A stretch of DNA of 64,000 bases from Felis catus. Lineage: Eukaryota. Under the pieces are notes generated by a model. The model was given only the letters and a program-made list of their open reading frames with translations, did not search any database and was not told where the DNA came from. The stretch spans positions 106,518,001 to 106,582,000 of the forward strand of contig NC_058368.1 of NCBI RefSeq assembly GCF_018350175.1. The letters are read 5' to 3'. The position numbers were made by a program, and so were the translations under genes. This document shows, in pieces, positions 12,835 through 26,967 of the stretch (the first letter of the stretch is position 1; each line of letters starts with the position of its first letter).

Positions 12835-14600
12835 AGTAAAACTCTTTGGATAAATTGCCCTAATGGTTGTTTCTAGTTCCCTTGTCTCATTTTCTCCTGA
12901 ACCATTTCCACCTATATCAGCCCATCAAAATTGCTCTTATCAAGATCACCATTGTTAATTTTTCATCTCCATGTTATGGCCTTATCAGAGTTTAACATAA
13001 TTCATCATTTTATTTCCCTTAAAGCCCTTTTCACTAAGCTTTGAGGACACTTTATTGATTTTCTACCTATTAGCTGCAGCTTCCAAACCTCATTTGTTGA
13101 TTCTTCTTTCTGAATTGTTAGTAGTAAAGTACCCTGAGACTGACTTCTTGAAATTCCTTACTATTGTATACACCCTCCCTTGGTGAGCTGATCTATTTTA
13201 CAAGCTTCAGTTTCCACATGTATATCTCTATTCCAAAACTTTGTTCATATGTAATAAATATTTCTATAATCTTGGATGTCAAATAAGCATCTTAATCAGT
13301 TCAGTACTGTTAACGTGTTCGTCTGTTCACACCATATGGCTAGGTTTTCTACAATCAGATAGGAATGAAAGTGATACACACAATTTCCACTTCATGTTCT
13401 TAAAATTGTTATTTGATCTCCATATTTTTCTTCTGCCTTCCACAAGTTGAAAATTGGTTTAATTGTGAGTTACATAATAGATGAGATATATTTAAGGTGG
13501 CAGGGCTCTCCTCCAGGCTGGTACCCCTGGATGACCCTATTAAGCAATGATTATTTGTTTTATTTGTGCCACTTTATTATATTTCTCATGGTGATCTAAG
13601 TTTGACTGTCCAAAGCCAATACTTCACATTTGACTCATCTCTTGGCAATGCTTTTTGGCTTTGCCCACAAAATGCTTATAATAAATATTTTAAATAAAAC
13701 TCAATTTCTTTGCCACCATGACATTTGGAAAAGTTTGTTTCCAGACCTTTTTTTTTTTTTTTTTTTTGTCACAAATGAGGTTAGGGTTTGCTAATGGTAT
13801 TTAATTAGTAGACATGAGGGGATGCTGCTATGCACCCTGCAAGGCACAGGACAGTCCTCGGAATATAAAATGATCTGGCCCGAATATCAGTAGTGCTAAA
13901 ATTGAGAAACTATTCTAGAACTGAATTGTTTTCATCCCTGCCTTACTACTTCTGTTGCCCTCTTTCCTCCCCTGAATTGTTGCTACATTGCCAACCAGAT
14001 TACTTGTTTCCGTTTCTCCCTCCTCAAAATTTCTTCTCGGGACAGTAGCCTCCAAGTGGCCTTCTAAACAACTTCTTACTTATGTATGCAGAACCTTCCA
14101 ATGGTGTCTCCTCTCCTTCAGAGTAAAAGCCATAGTTAGAGTGAATAGCCTACAAGGCTCTACGTCATTTGAATCCATTCTCTCGGTACTTGTTCTCCAT
14201 TGTAGTCATACTGGCTTCCTTGTTGTCACACAAGCCAGACACATTCTTCTATTAGGATTCCATCCCTGCTGTTAATCCTCTCTATCTGGACCACTTTTCC
14301 CACAGAAGTCAAGCATGGCTTACTTCCACTAGGTCAGTGAAAACTTTCTGGATCTGATTCCCTTTCCACAAAGTTTCTTAGCTACCTGTATTTGTTTTGT
14401 TTCTTTCATAGCACTTACCATCATCTAGCACACTGTATCACTCACTGTTTTGAGTTTTTATCTCCCACCACTAAAAAAAGTCACCTGCATGAGGACAGTG
14501 ATTTCTCTTATATTTGGTCATTGAACTATTCCCAGAACCTAGAGTGGTATCAGGTACCTAGGAGGCACTCAGTAACTAAATACTTGTTGGATGAATGATC
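12835..14600 (+). mobile_element. L2 LINE 3' region, interrupted by other elements
   Basis: L2-like motifs (TTGCTCTTATCAAGATCACC; CTTCCAATGG..CAGAGTAAAAGCC; CATGAGGACAG...GAGGCACTCAGTAA..TACTTGTTGGATGAATGA terminus). Confidence 0.7.
13700..13913 (+). mobile_element. MER20-like hAT MITE
   Basis: GGGATGCTGCTA..CCCTGCAAGGCACAGGACAG...ATCTGGCCCGAATATCAGTAGTGCTAAAATTGAGAAAC matches the recalled MER20 3' half. Confidence 0.7.
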
Positions 14601-14744
14601 AAGATTAATCTTGACTTTTGGTACCATATATTGAATAGTGTGGCATTTGTTTAAGAATGTTCACCTGATTACTTTATCCTTAGTTGTAGGTGACTTGCCT
14701 CTTCCTGCTTAGATTTTACTTCTGACTTAGAAGGTTTTGGTTAC

Positions 14745-14947
14745 AGGGTGCCTGGGTGTCTCTGTCGGTTAAGCATCTTGACTCTTGATTTTGGCTCAGG
14801 TCATGAACTCACGGTTCATGAGTTTGAACCCAGCATCAGGCTCCACACTGACAGTGCAGAGCCTGCTTAGGATTCTCTCTCACCCTCTCTCCTCCTGCCC
14901 CTCCTCCTCCCATATTCTCTCTCAAAATAAATGAAAATTTTTTAAAA
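14745..14947 (+). mobile_element. Can-SINE
   Basis: TSD AGAAGGTTTTGGTT at 14729-14742 and 14948-14961. Confidence 0.95.
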
Positions 14948-17199
14948 AGAAGGTTTTGGTTTCCATTCAATGACCTCTTTTTTCAAAGAGGTTTTAAATG
15001 TTAAGTTTAATGTTTTAAGATAGACTTTGCTTCCATTTTTATTGTAGGCTCAGATTTGTTTTCCGATGTGGCTCTCTGGATCTCTGAGGCAATTTGAAAT
15101 AAGGTTTTCCTTGTATAAGTCACCATAATGTCCCTTTCCATCTAGGACCACCCAGGTCTACTATTGTGTTGTTATGCTTTCGTACCATGCCCACCATGAG
15201 TATCATCAGTTTTATGCATTTATTGCTTATGTACTTCAGTAGGCAACTGAAGTTACCGAAGAACATAGGCTCCTAAACATTGAACCGTGTATACATTTCC
15301 CTCCCGTTTGTCTTTTCATTTAGGACCCTCTGGTATGTCCTTGTTTTATGTGAAAAGAAAAAAGGAGGACATGAGAACACATACCATCTCAAAGTGTTTG
15401 AACAAAGTTCCTTTGGTGACATCGTCTTGTCTACCTACAACAGTAGGACACAACTGCTGTTAATTTCTCTATTTACCCTAAACTACAGTAGCCCATGAAA
15501 ACCAACTTATCTAAATACCTCCATCACAATCTAAGTTTGCCTGTGTTATAAATTGTCTTAAAAACATAAATGTAAACGGATTCTGTTTGATTGCCCTGAA
15601 CTCCGTCCAGGAGTAATTACTTTAGAGTGAAGTCCCCTGTTTCCGTAGTGTACCAGTCGCCTTATCCCATTTCCATTTAAGATAACACAGGTGTGTGTTT
15701 TGCAGCTATGCCTTCGAAAAAGTTATTAGGCAAAGACAGCGAAGGGAGAAACATTAGGTGCTTTTTCAGACTCGGGCATAATATCAATAAAAGGCAATTA
15801 ACTTTCTTCAAATCTCAGGCCGTAGTGAACCAAAATTTTATGTTTGTGCACATACTTCATGCAAAATGTAATTTAGAAATGTAAATTAGAATCTATATGT
15901 ATAATTCAAGAAACATTTGGCTTAAATTACTGGCAGGGGGTGGGGGACAACATAATGTAGTAGCTTTTATTCTGGAGTATTTGCATTTGGATTTTATGAA
16001 GTAACTTTATAGTATTGATGTAATGAGAAAGCTAAGACTTTTTTTAGAGGACATGATTAAAAGGACTCTGTGATCTGTTATTCATCAGTGCATGACTGCT
16101 GGCTTTTTGTTTGTGACATCATAAGAAACGTGATACTCCTCTATTGTTTAACGAAAAGCACTATTCTTCTTGAATCACTTTGCTTTAAGGTGAAATTCAA
16201 AATCCATGAGTTCTTAAATGGATATGAGATAGAAATTTGTATCAAAATATGTGTTTTCATGATCCTGATGAACATATAAAATCATCTTTCTTTGGTCTCT
16301 ATATTGACTGTCTGCTTGAGGAGTAAGTTTAACCAGGAACGAGAAGAGGAGGGTAACAACCTGGTTTGGCCAGTGAACCATTTCCTAGAGAGACAGTATA
16401 ACTTGTTTCATGGGATCATACTCCACAAGTTCTTAGAAATGCAGTTATTGACACTATATTATTTTAGGTTTTCAATTTGTCCCCCTGAATCTTTATTACC
16501 TTATCCTTTTAAAAATTGTTACTGGTTAAGGTGCTGCAATTTTTTGTAATTTTTTTTTAACTGTGGGATGCATTAACAATAAGGCAAGTCTGTCAATTTT
16601 GCAACACTTGTACCACCTTCCAAATCAAGCTGTCCACCAAAACTAATAGTCCATCTTATAATAGAACACTACTTTGTAAAGAATAGGACCGAATCATGGT
16701 TGCTATTTTTTTTTCTTACAAAATTTCTCCAGTAAATTTTCCTTTGTGGAGGGATGGTTTGCTTTTAGTTATTAAAGGAAACCACAATCTTTGTTGTACT
16801 TCTGAAGTGCTCTCTGACCTAAGGGAGGGACTATCATCTTGTTTGTAATTTTTGAAAGTACGATTTGATCAGTTATTGTCAGCTGGCAAGGAAAAGGAGA
16901 GCTGGAAGAACACAAAAATGTTCAGAAACATGACTTCATCCCAAAGTGAGCAACCTTCCAAATCAAGGTAGAGCTTTGGAAGTGAATCTAGATGTCATTT
17001 GTGCTTAAAATAACACAGCAAATTACTTTATTTCTGAAATATAGTCATGGACTTTTTCCTCTGGTTTTTCTTCAATGTTATCTTTCTCTTAGCTAGAGGC
17101 ATTTATTGCTTTCAGAGCATTTGTGTTTCTGTTGTAATGCAAACATGGACACCATGCCCAAGTTTTGATTTCTCAAATGACCTTTGAATCATGTTTGTA

Positions 17200-17419
17200 T
17201 TCTATTTTTTTTAAGTATATTTATTTATTTTGAGAGAGACCAGGGGAGGGGGGAGTGGGAGGTTGCAGAGAGAGAGGGAGGGAGGGAGGAAATCACAAGC
17301 AGGCTTCCCTCTGTCAGCACAGAGCCCAAGGCGGGGCTTGAATTTACAAATGATGAGATCATGACCTGAGCCAAAATCAACAGTCAGATGCTCAACTGAC
17401 TGAGCCACCCAGGTGCCCC
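17200..17419 (-). mobile_element. Can-SINE
   Basis: TSD AATCATGTTT at 17187-17196 and 17421-17430. Confidence 0.95.
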
Positions 17420-18748
17420 AAATCATGTTTTTTTAAAAAACAAAACCAAACAAAACAAAATCTGTCTTTGAGTAACATAACTATAGTGTTTAATAGTAAG
17501 TGAAAGTGTAGTATAGACAAAGGATATTTCATATGGGAAGTTCACCCTAGCGAAGAATAGTAAAAGACAGGTGCCAAGAAAAATTAGCAGAGCAGATGAT
17601 GAGAGAAATCCTAGAAAAGCTGAGGAGGACTCTGAGAATGCTCAGCTGCTGCAACACTCAACTATCATGTTCAGCCTGGCATAGGAGCAAAAGTACACGG
17701 ACAGGTGACCATGTCTATAAACATTGGCTTGAGATAGAGCCCTGATGGCCACAAGTAGTATGCCAGGCTTAGGAACTTCCATGTGCCTCTTGTGCAGACG
17801 CGTTAGTGCTAAGCAAATCAAAGGACTACTTGAAGTTTATACCCAATATAAGACACCAGCCTGGGATACAATTTTTTGGTTCGCAAACTTTGTCATGAGT
17901 GCTCGTGCAATAATCCAAAAGACCAGATGGGTGAGCCACATACTAGTTGATATCATTCATGATACCCAGGAATTATTGTATCCTAAACCACTGGAGATCT
18001 CCAAGTGCTGAGCCCAGGGCACTGGGCATGGGCAAGAAAGCACAGGACATTTACTAGCACTTCCTCCTGCAACCACCTTGCCAGTACCTAAACTTCCCAG
18101 TGTTCAACCTGAGGTAAGAGAGAGAATGCATGCCCTATGAAAGGAGAGAGAATTAAAATGCAACCTGATGCAGGTCTAATAACAGGTACTAAATTAGAAA
18201 TAGGCAGTAAAATACCATCTTTGTGAAATTGTAGTTCTCATAATGGCCTTATAGATGACTCTTTGTTAAGTCTGTATTTAAAGATGACCTATGAATTCTG
18301 TTGCATTGCTAACTCATTTTCAAGTGACCACACTTCTTCACTGTCCACGAGCCTCTGAAGTTGAGTGTTAGAGACATGGCATTTCTTTGTTGCAATCAGG
18401 GCTGATCTGGAAGCAGCTTAGGAGATGAGCCTGCACTGCAAAGGGAGGGTGTAATAGCCACACACACTCAAATGGACAACATTTTAGCCCCTTTTACTCA
18501 AGTGGTTCTCTGCAGCTGCTGCCTCTGAACTTACTTGAATCAAATGCATTCCTTAGGGAGACAGCACAGTGATAAAAGCCATCAAAAGCACTTCTTTGGC
18601 CATCTGCTACTCAATAGGTCAATATTGTATCTGATTTGTTTATTGAGTGAACTATGTTTTTAATAAAATATATTTAATAGAGCTTTCAAACTCCATTTTC
18701 TACCATGAAATAATCAAAATAATATTCTTTTAAAAAATTCTCCATGCA

Positions 18749-18918
18749 GGGTGAGGGGGGGAGGCAGGTAAGTTGGTTAAGCATCTGATTCTTCATCTCA
18801 GTACAGGTCATGATCTCATGGTTTGCAAGATTGAGCCCTACGATGGGCTCTGTGCTGGCAGTGTGGAGCCTGTTTGAGATTCTCTCTCTCCCCCTATCTG
18901 TTTTGCCCCTCCCTCCTC

Positions 18919-18962
<44 letters not shown>

Positions 18963-18988
18963 GTAAATAAACTTAAAAAAATAAAAAA
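18749..18988 (+). mobile_element. Can-SINE with diverged 5' end and long (CT)n
   Basis: TTGGTTAAGCATCTGA..CAGGTCATGATCTCATGG body, CT repeat, A-tail; degenerate TSD AAAA..T.CCATG. Confidence 0.9.
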
Positions 18989-19511
18989 CTTACCATGGCA
19001 ACAGTCACATTGTGAACATAGCTACACAAGTAATTCAGGCACACATGTGTTTGCACACTGTTGTATACCCATCAATAGTTACATAATGTAGTCCTAGTTC
19101 ATCCATACAAACATTTATTTCACACATAAATAGTTAAAATAGTCTCACATTTAACTCATATAAACCTATTTGTGCATACAGAGTCATGAATAGCTATAGA
19201 TTATGTGAACACTACCATTGAATAATTCTAGAATTGTCATTTCTTTCCTTTTGAGCAAAATAGTCATAATGAGTGCAATATTTCCCAGTTATGCTTAATA
19301 TATGTATGCCTTAAAGAAATGATTCTGTCTTTGTCATGAAATACCTTCTGCCTTAAGTTAGAATCTTCCAGAAGTGGACCCAAGGCAGGGGTAAATACTG
19401 TTTGGAAATCAAACTGGAAACTTTATGATGCTGATGTTAAAGAGCACAGCTTTGGGGCACCTGGGTTTGTTCTTCAGGAATTACCCTCTTGTAATGTAGA
19501 AAAGTATCCCT

Positions 19512-19530
19512 CAACAACAACAACAACAAC

Positions 19531-19575
<45 letters not shown>
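19512..19575. repeat. Compound microsatellite (CAA)7(CA)21
   Basis: Directly visible. Confidence 0.95.
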
Positions 19576-19577
<2 letters not shown>

Positions 19578-20441
19578 CCTGTCTTCAAGTTACTAGGCTG
19601 GTATAAGGAATCACTGGGGCTCTGGTTGTTGGTGAGAGAAACTAGAGTCTAAGTAACCCCTTAAATCGAGGGAAATGTTGGTAAGCAAATACTGTGAGGA
19701 TTAATACCTAAGCCCATGAATCAGAAAAGGAGCCTTAGGTCCAAAACCTAGAGAGCCAGGAACAAGTGTGGATGTAAAGCATAAAACCCTGCACCAGGGC
19801 AAGCAGTTTGGAGAGAACACACAAACAAAACTAGCTTTTAGAAATGGGCTTGCATGTGTTGGTCTCCTGTAAGAAGGAGGAAGGCCCTGTGGCTTCCAGG
19901 AGCAATAGCTGACCTGCTGGACACCAGCGTTGATTTTGGGGGCTCCTTTGCAAGACTTTGGGGCTAATGGGGCTCCATTGCAAGACTGTGCCTTACAACC
20001 TTCTCATCTATTATTAATAACTGATGATAACCCCGTAAGGTTCAGTCTAAGTGGTGTCACATTCAGAGCAAATGTATCCAACTGCAGAAGCTTTGAAAAT
20101 ACAGACTCTTGGAGGAGTAGCTAGAGTGGTTTGATACTGCATGTCATATGGGAAGCTTCTTTGAAAGTCCCATTGGGTTAGCTCCCCGTTTACCACAGCA
20201 CAGCTTTTCTTTATTCAGTCAGTCTGAACTCCGCTCTTTCTCTCTTGGAGGGTTAGGTGCCTCCCAATATGCTCTGCAAAGAAGATTCCCGAAACAGACC
20301 CATTTTACAAAAACACATTTATGGAAGAGAGAAAAGACAGGAAGAACTCATATGATGAGGTAATTTTTGATCCCATTATTTTTCATTATTTTTACACAAA
20401 TTTACGTATTAGAAATGTTTACTCAAAATTTTTATTTGATT

Positions 20442-20655
20442 GGGGTGCCTGGGTGGCTCAGTCACTTAAGCATCCAACTCTTGATTTCAGCTCAGGTCAT
20501 GATCTCCTGGTATGTGAGATGGAGCCCTCTTTTGGCCTCAGTGCCAACAGTGTGGAGCCTTCTTGAGATTTTCTCCCTCTCTCTGTCCCTACCCCCTTGT
20601 GTGTGCGTTCTCTCCCTCTCTCTATCTCTCTCTCTCTCAAAATAAGTAAATTTAA
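20442..20655 (+). mobile_element. Can-SINE
   Basis: Typical head and tail; near-TSD AAAA.TTTTTATTTG on both sides. Confidence 0.95.
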
Positions 20656-20894
20656 AACTTTTATTTGCTTATAGTATATTAAGAGAGGATACTTGCTTTA
20701 CATATAGTGCTCGCTATAAAATCTGACACTCAATTGACTTATAATATTTATGAAATGAATAGAGACCCTAAAAAAAATAACAAGTGAATCATTTTATTAC
20801 CTTAGAAAAATACCATTAGCTCTATTTCATTTAATACTATTTTAATTTTTTTCATAACCAAGCATTATACTTGAATCTCAAGACACCTAGCTGA

Positions 20895-20895
<1 letters not shown>

Positions 20896-20933
<38 letters not shown>

Positions 20934-21010
20934 CATATGTACATGTACATATAGGTGTATGTATATGTATCTATATATACATATCTACATGGATATACAT
21001 GTATATATCC
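20896..21010. repeat. (TA)n(TG)n microsatellite followed by an alternating purine-pyrimidine low-complexity tract
   Basis: Directly visible. Confidence 0.9.
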
Positions 21011-22644
21011 ACATATTATCTCTGGAGAAGTTCAGATAAGTAAAGAGGGGCAAAATAAAAACCCAACCAAGTGATTTAATTACGTTTTAAAGTTTCATTG
21101 CAATTGGAGATTTTAAAGAAAAGTCACTGCATGATTCTTATTTCTCTTCTCCCTTCTATATCTTAGGACGTCAGTTGGCATTTCACACAAAGATCCTGGT
21201 CACACTTTCAGGGAGTTACTCTGTAAATGAGATTGTCTGTTTTTGTTATGTTTCTTTTTCTGTTGGCTTGATTACACAGTACCCCCAAGTGGCCTGTCGA
21301 ACTTAGAATTCAAATGTAAGAGTTTACTTACGATGCTTTAGTGAGCAAGAATGAAGCTGAACTCATTAAAAAGAAAGAGAACCTGAAACAAACCAGCAAA
21401 CAAACAAAAAATTCAAAGTACGGTCTCTTAACAAGCTTGCTGCCTGGTAACTGTGTCAGAGATGTGGAATGACTCTTTTGGTTAAACTGGAGAGTGAAAG
21501 ACATCACAGTCGTATATTTTTTTTAATCTCTTCTCAATGGTCTGTGGGTTTTGGCTCCTGTGTATCTGTTAAGTGGTATTTCTAATCTTTGAAAGTCCAT
21601 TTTCTACCCCATCTATGGAAGTTTGCTGTGATCTAAAGCCAAGGAGTGCTGGAAAGAAGTCAAGGTTGTTATCACATTTATTGTATAGTGCATAGAGCTG
21701 TAGGGCTGATTATAGACTTATTTAAGTCTTACGGGGACAGAAAGGGGTTAGAAGAGGTAGAGCTGAGGGGAGAACTGAGAAGAAGAACAGATATTTCAAG
21801 GAGGCTGTGTGCTGCCTAGAAAGTAAAAAAGCCTTTTACCTTCTATAAACTCCTCACAGAATACACATGCTCAAGTAATATAAGTAATGTCCAGTCCAAC
21901 CATTTTTGGTTTTATCAATATCCTAAAAGCAGTACTCCAATTGTAATGAGTTCTGAGCCAAGTGTGAGAAAACTGTTTTCTGCATCAGACTGTGAGTAGA
22001 TTTATAGGAGGCAGTTACAGGAGACCTGAGTGCAAACAGAATCGAGGGACTGAACCTTTAGGCAAGCATCCACTGAAAGATGTTTTGGTGTGTATTTAGA
22101 TACATAGTCAGCTAGGTGCTGGGTAGGTGCATGGCTAGAATTTTGTATCAAAGGAAAGCCTTTGATGTCTGAAGATTCAACCACTGAATATAATGCCAGC
22201 TAAAATAGTGGTTACGCACTCGCTAACACAAAATACTCATTCACATGAGAAGTTTATGCAAACGCTCATCTCTTGTGTTAACATTGGTTTGAAGAAAGCC
22301 AAGTCAAAACCAAGAAGGGAATGGGTACAAGAAGCAATGCGGATAGGGGCATGCCAATGGAATAATATTTATTTTCTAAATATCAACTTTGGTGTTGGTA
22401 AACTTTCGAATTTTAAGATGGAAAATAAACTGTTTTCCATAGAATGATTTGTTTACTCTGAAGATTTGAATATTTAAAGACCTTTCAAATAAGGGTCAGG
22501 TTCAGTAACACTCCAGTTTCCATAATTGCAAGGAATTCCATGGGAGGCCACAGTCGTGTGGCTGACGTCAGCACCCCCAACATAGAAGATAGCTAATAAC
22601 ATGTTTTAGTAAAAAGGCTTTAAGGTTTAAATAACAGAAATCAG

Positions 22645-22850
22645 AGGTGTCTGGATGGCTCGGTCGGTTAAGTGTTCGACTTCTGCTCAGGTTATAATCA
22701 ATGATTTGGAGCCCTGAGTCGGGCTCTGTGCTGACAGCTCAGAGCCTGGAGCCTGGTTTGGATTCTGTCTCTCTCTCTCTCTCTGCCCCTCCCCTGCTCA
22801 CGCTCTGTCTCTCTCCAAAAATGAATAAACATTTAAAAAAAAACAACAAC
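22645..22850 (+). mobile_element. Can-SINE, probably inserted in an old MaLR LTR (~22570-23340)
   Basis: CAGAAATCAGA repeated on both sides as TSD; small internal deletion. Confidence 0.92.
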
Positions 22851-24289
22851 CAGAAATCAGATTCTACTAGCAGAAATAGTGAAGAACTTCTTACATGTGC
22901 CTTGTGTAAATATCCAGAGCTAGGAGGTTTCATTGGAAGCTAATTAGGTCATATCACCTTGCTGCATAAGACCTGGTTTTCTTCTGTCACTGCCTTCCCT
23001 CTTCCACACTACAGCTTTGTTTTCTGCCTGACCACTTCTGGTTATCCAAGATGGCTTTTGGCTGCTCCCTGTTCTATCTGACTGTACACATTAACAAAAA
23101 AGTCAGTAATACCTTTCCTGCTCTTCACAGCAAATCTTTGGTATTCTTTCGACTTGGATTGCCTTAAGTCACATGCTCAGCCTTCACCCATTCACTGTGA
23201 TAGGATATTTGCTGATTGGTTTAAATTTGGTTATGAGCTTTGGTGGAGGCAGGCTCCCCAGAAGTTATGAGTCTCCAAAGGGGAATTAGTTACCGTTGAG
23301 AAAGAAGAAAAGGTGAAGAAGAAAGATTATACTACGAAAGTAACAAAAATTTACCTTTTACACAAATTTTAACTTTGGCAAGAATTATTGATATTTATGG
23401 TTTTTAATTTTAAACATTGTTGAGATTAGATTTTGAAACAAGGAAGATGGCTTTATTGGTTGTAGGACTGCAGAAGTTTCTATCAGGTTTTGTACAAGTT
23501 GTACGTCATTTTTTAATAAGAAATTGAATGCTAGAGATAATACAATAATGGCATTTTGAAGATCACCTTTTTGGTGAGGACTTTTGTGCATATCTATGTA
23601 AACGTCACTATCTGAGTTCAAAAACTAAAACTTCAAGACTGTTGGGATAAAGAAACCACAAATTACATTTACTGTGAGATGATCTACATTTAGTTTGCTT
23701 TAACTGTGATAAAGTTGAAGCAGAAGCCATCAGTTTATTTTTATAGAATAAGTTAAACATATTTTATACTTCTGAAATCATGGGATGCTACTCATCTCCC
23801 ACGCTTACATTTCCAAATACTTCCTAAGAGACCATTAGCCAATGTTTACATTATCATTTGAAGACATTTCATGTTCAGCTGAAATCACTATCACCATTAT
23901 CTTCAAAACTATGCTCAAATGACCTGTCTCATTCAGGATTTTCTTGGTCTTAGGCAAAGAGTTTTCTTATCCTAGTTATATATCAAAATGATCAACTATT
24001 ATTTTAAAACTGTAGTCAAAATTATTGGATTTTACATCCAGCAGAATATAAGAACTGCCACCTTTCATGATTCTTACATAAAGCAAAACAAAACCTCCTC
24101 CTAGATAGTCATAGCTATATCGTTTCTTCCTAATTTAACTTGGGTTTTTAAAGAGTTGTCTAGATTAGTTCCCAAGGGGATTCCAGATGATACAAATGGA
24201 AATATATGAGCTTTAGGGACAATCACACGCTGAGAATAATTTGGGAATGCTGAATAATAACTAAGTATATTTGTAGCTACTAAGTGCTC

Positions 24290-25100
24290 AACTCTTCATA
24301 AAGTAGTGATTACTATTATCACGGTTTTACATATGAGAAAATAAAGCCCGTAAATAGAAGATAACTTGTCTCAAGATAGTAAGTGGTAGAGAGGGATTAA
24401 AGCTCAGAGATTGTGACTTCAGGGATCAAATCCTGTTTTCCCCTTTTTATTACGAAAAATTTGATACCTACAGAAAATTGAACACGTTGTATAGTAGTGC
24501 GTGTTTACTTACCCCCTGTTAACATTGTTTAATATTTGCTTTGTCTGTATATCTATGCATTTGAAAATTTTCTGAGCGCTGGAAATTATAGACATTTCAT
24601 CCCTACAATCTTCAACATATGCTTCTTAAGAATGCGATTCTCTTACGTGTCCACGATGTCATTAACTGCCTAAGAAAATTGATAATTCTCTAGTTTTATC
24701 TTACACTCAATTCATATTCAAAATCTATCTTTTCCCTCTAAGTAGATTTTCTATCTGGTTTATTCGAGTCAGGATCCCATTATAGTTCATGCCTGTGTGT
24801 GGATGTCAGGGGAAACTGTATTCTAAACCATTACACAAAACAGTCTTGTGGGTTTCTCAGATTGTTAGCAGAAAAATTCACAGAACTGCATTTCTAGCAT
24901 ATCTGTACAATTATGGAGCTCTTCTGGAATAAAAAAGGTCTGGATATTAATCACAATTCAATCAGTTACTACTAGATTCATGACCTTGGGCGCGTTGTTT
25001 GATCTCTCAAAGCCGTAATTTTTTTCATTTCATCTGGTAGTTGTGAGGAATAAAGGAAATAATGTCGACTATGTGCTTAGCATAATGGATCAGTATGTGT
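24290..25100. mobile_element. MIR fragments (~24290-24430 minus, ~24960-25090 plus) flanking an old L1 3'-end fragment (~24450-24800, minus)
   Basis: MIR core motifs TTTTACATATGAGAAAA and CATGACCTTGGGCGCGTTGTTT..CTCTC; L1ME-like 3' end between them. Confidence 0.55.
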
Positions 25101-26917
25101 GGATACAGATCATAGGGGCATTACCTTGAATAAAAACTGTACGTGTACATGGGAGGAAATTTTTAGAGTCAGCATTTGGTAATTTTAAACACCGTAGATT
25201 AAGTCGTGAAGATGGTCCTACCAGACAGTCACATCAAATACAGGGGGAAAAAAGAAGGAGAAAAACATTCATTTCAATTCGTAACACTGTGACCCACATA
25301 GAGTCGTGAAGAATGGAAAACTATTTCTGGTGCTGCCACAGTGGGCTCATGTTTTGAACAGACGTGAATTCTAATTCCAAAATACTTCATCATCGAAGTT
25401 TCATCACCTGGTGAATCAGGAAAGTAAGCAACTCTGTAAATTAGACCTAGCAGAGGATGTCGATTGGCATGTCACTAAGCAATAATATTTTTCCCTCTGT
25501 CCAAGGGGCAATCAAAAGAATTTTTTTAACATGTAGAAAAAATATCCTAGTGAGTGGATCCCAGTAGCATGAGAAAGAGAAGCCTATTAGAGTGATGAGT
25601 TAGGTAGTCACATGAAAAACAGGGTTTCATTTTTTTCTCTTGTGGAATATTTGTAACACTGTTCTTGTCATGTTTGTAGCCTGAGGTTCCCTTTTGCACA
25701 GCAAACTGTGAGCAGTAAATACATGAAAATCTCCAGGATATTCTGCAGACATTTAAAACATGTTGTTGGGTAATTTGTCAATGAAAATAAAATTATTTGG
25801 TTGGGGAATAAATTGTTTCCTAGTAAAAACCCATTGCAGAACCAGGTTTTTAGGCAGTCTTAGAAGAAGCTCTACTTATTTAGTCACTCAGCTGTACTGA
25901 CAATTCAGCCTGGCCGCAGATTCCAAAGTTAGCTCCTGTTCAGATAGAAACAAACAATATTAATTTTAAAGCCAGGCACATATAATCTTCATAAGTAGAC
26001 TGGCTCCGGTAAATGAAAGGAATCACCTGGTAATAGCAGCTTGTAAAATTCTTCCACGTAAAACAAGGTAAAACATGATAAACCTATCTAAAATGTGTAG
26101 TTTGTGTATATAAAGTCTCAAAATAGCAAACTTACCTGGCTTCACATGAATGTCGTTAAATACTGTGGTTGCTCTTTCCTCAGAGACCCCCAGTATACCA
26201 TCAAAATGTTACATCTGGCCTTGTCACGGACACTGTCAAGCTCTTTGCCCAGACTGTTGGCCAGGACTCCAAAGTTCTTCTTCTGCTACTACTTGTTCCT
26301 GCCAACTCAGGGGAGGATTTCACCATCAAGGCAGTGCAAGGCACCTTGCTCTACTAAGGGCGGAAAAATCGCTATGACTATTACAGTGATAGAAGAGAGA
26401 TGCTATCTGTAAATTACAGTGGGTCTTGAATGGAGATAGTTATGCTACCGACTCAATTAGAGCTCTGTCTTGACACTGTTGGCTTGCAGAAGTTTGTTCA
26501 ACAGAATCTGTCGTGGTTTTAATTATAGCTGCTTGAAAGGCTCTATAATCCTAACAAGTGGCAGAGTTGGGTCTTTTGAATGTTTTGCTTTTCGGTTGTT
26601 TTGTTATCAGTTAGGTGAATGCTGGGCAAAATATTTTGTCGGGTTCTGTTAGTTTTACAGCTGGAATATTTTTGTTTCGCTTAAAAGTAGCTCACTTAAT
26701 TCTAGCAAAACTCTGACAGAGAAAATAAATTGCACAACTGGGAATGAACTCCTGCCTAATAATATATAAAGAGTAGCACAAAAATCTGAAGATATCTTTA
26801 AATTTTTTCTTTAAACTTCAAAAAATTTTGAAGAGGAATAACAATCATAAAAAATACATTATCTTCAGAGAAAATGAAATAATAACTGAAAAATCTTTAG
26901 AAATCCTCCATGAATAC

Positions 26918-26920
<3 letters not shown>

Positions 26921-26962
<42 letters not shown>
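26921..26962. repeat. (TG)21 microsatellite
   Basis: Directly visible. Confidence 0.97.

Positions 26963-26967
<5 letters not shown>

Noticed and set aside
23385..23621. 78-aa minus-strand ORF in unique sequence
   Set aside because: No recognisable domain or splice structure; the length is within chance expectation.
26104..26412. Three overlapping plus-strand ORFs
   Set aside because: The peptides are unrecognised and I saw no convincing plus-strand exon boundaries; locally higher GC explains the scarcity of stops.
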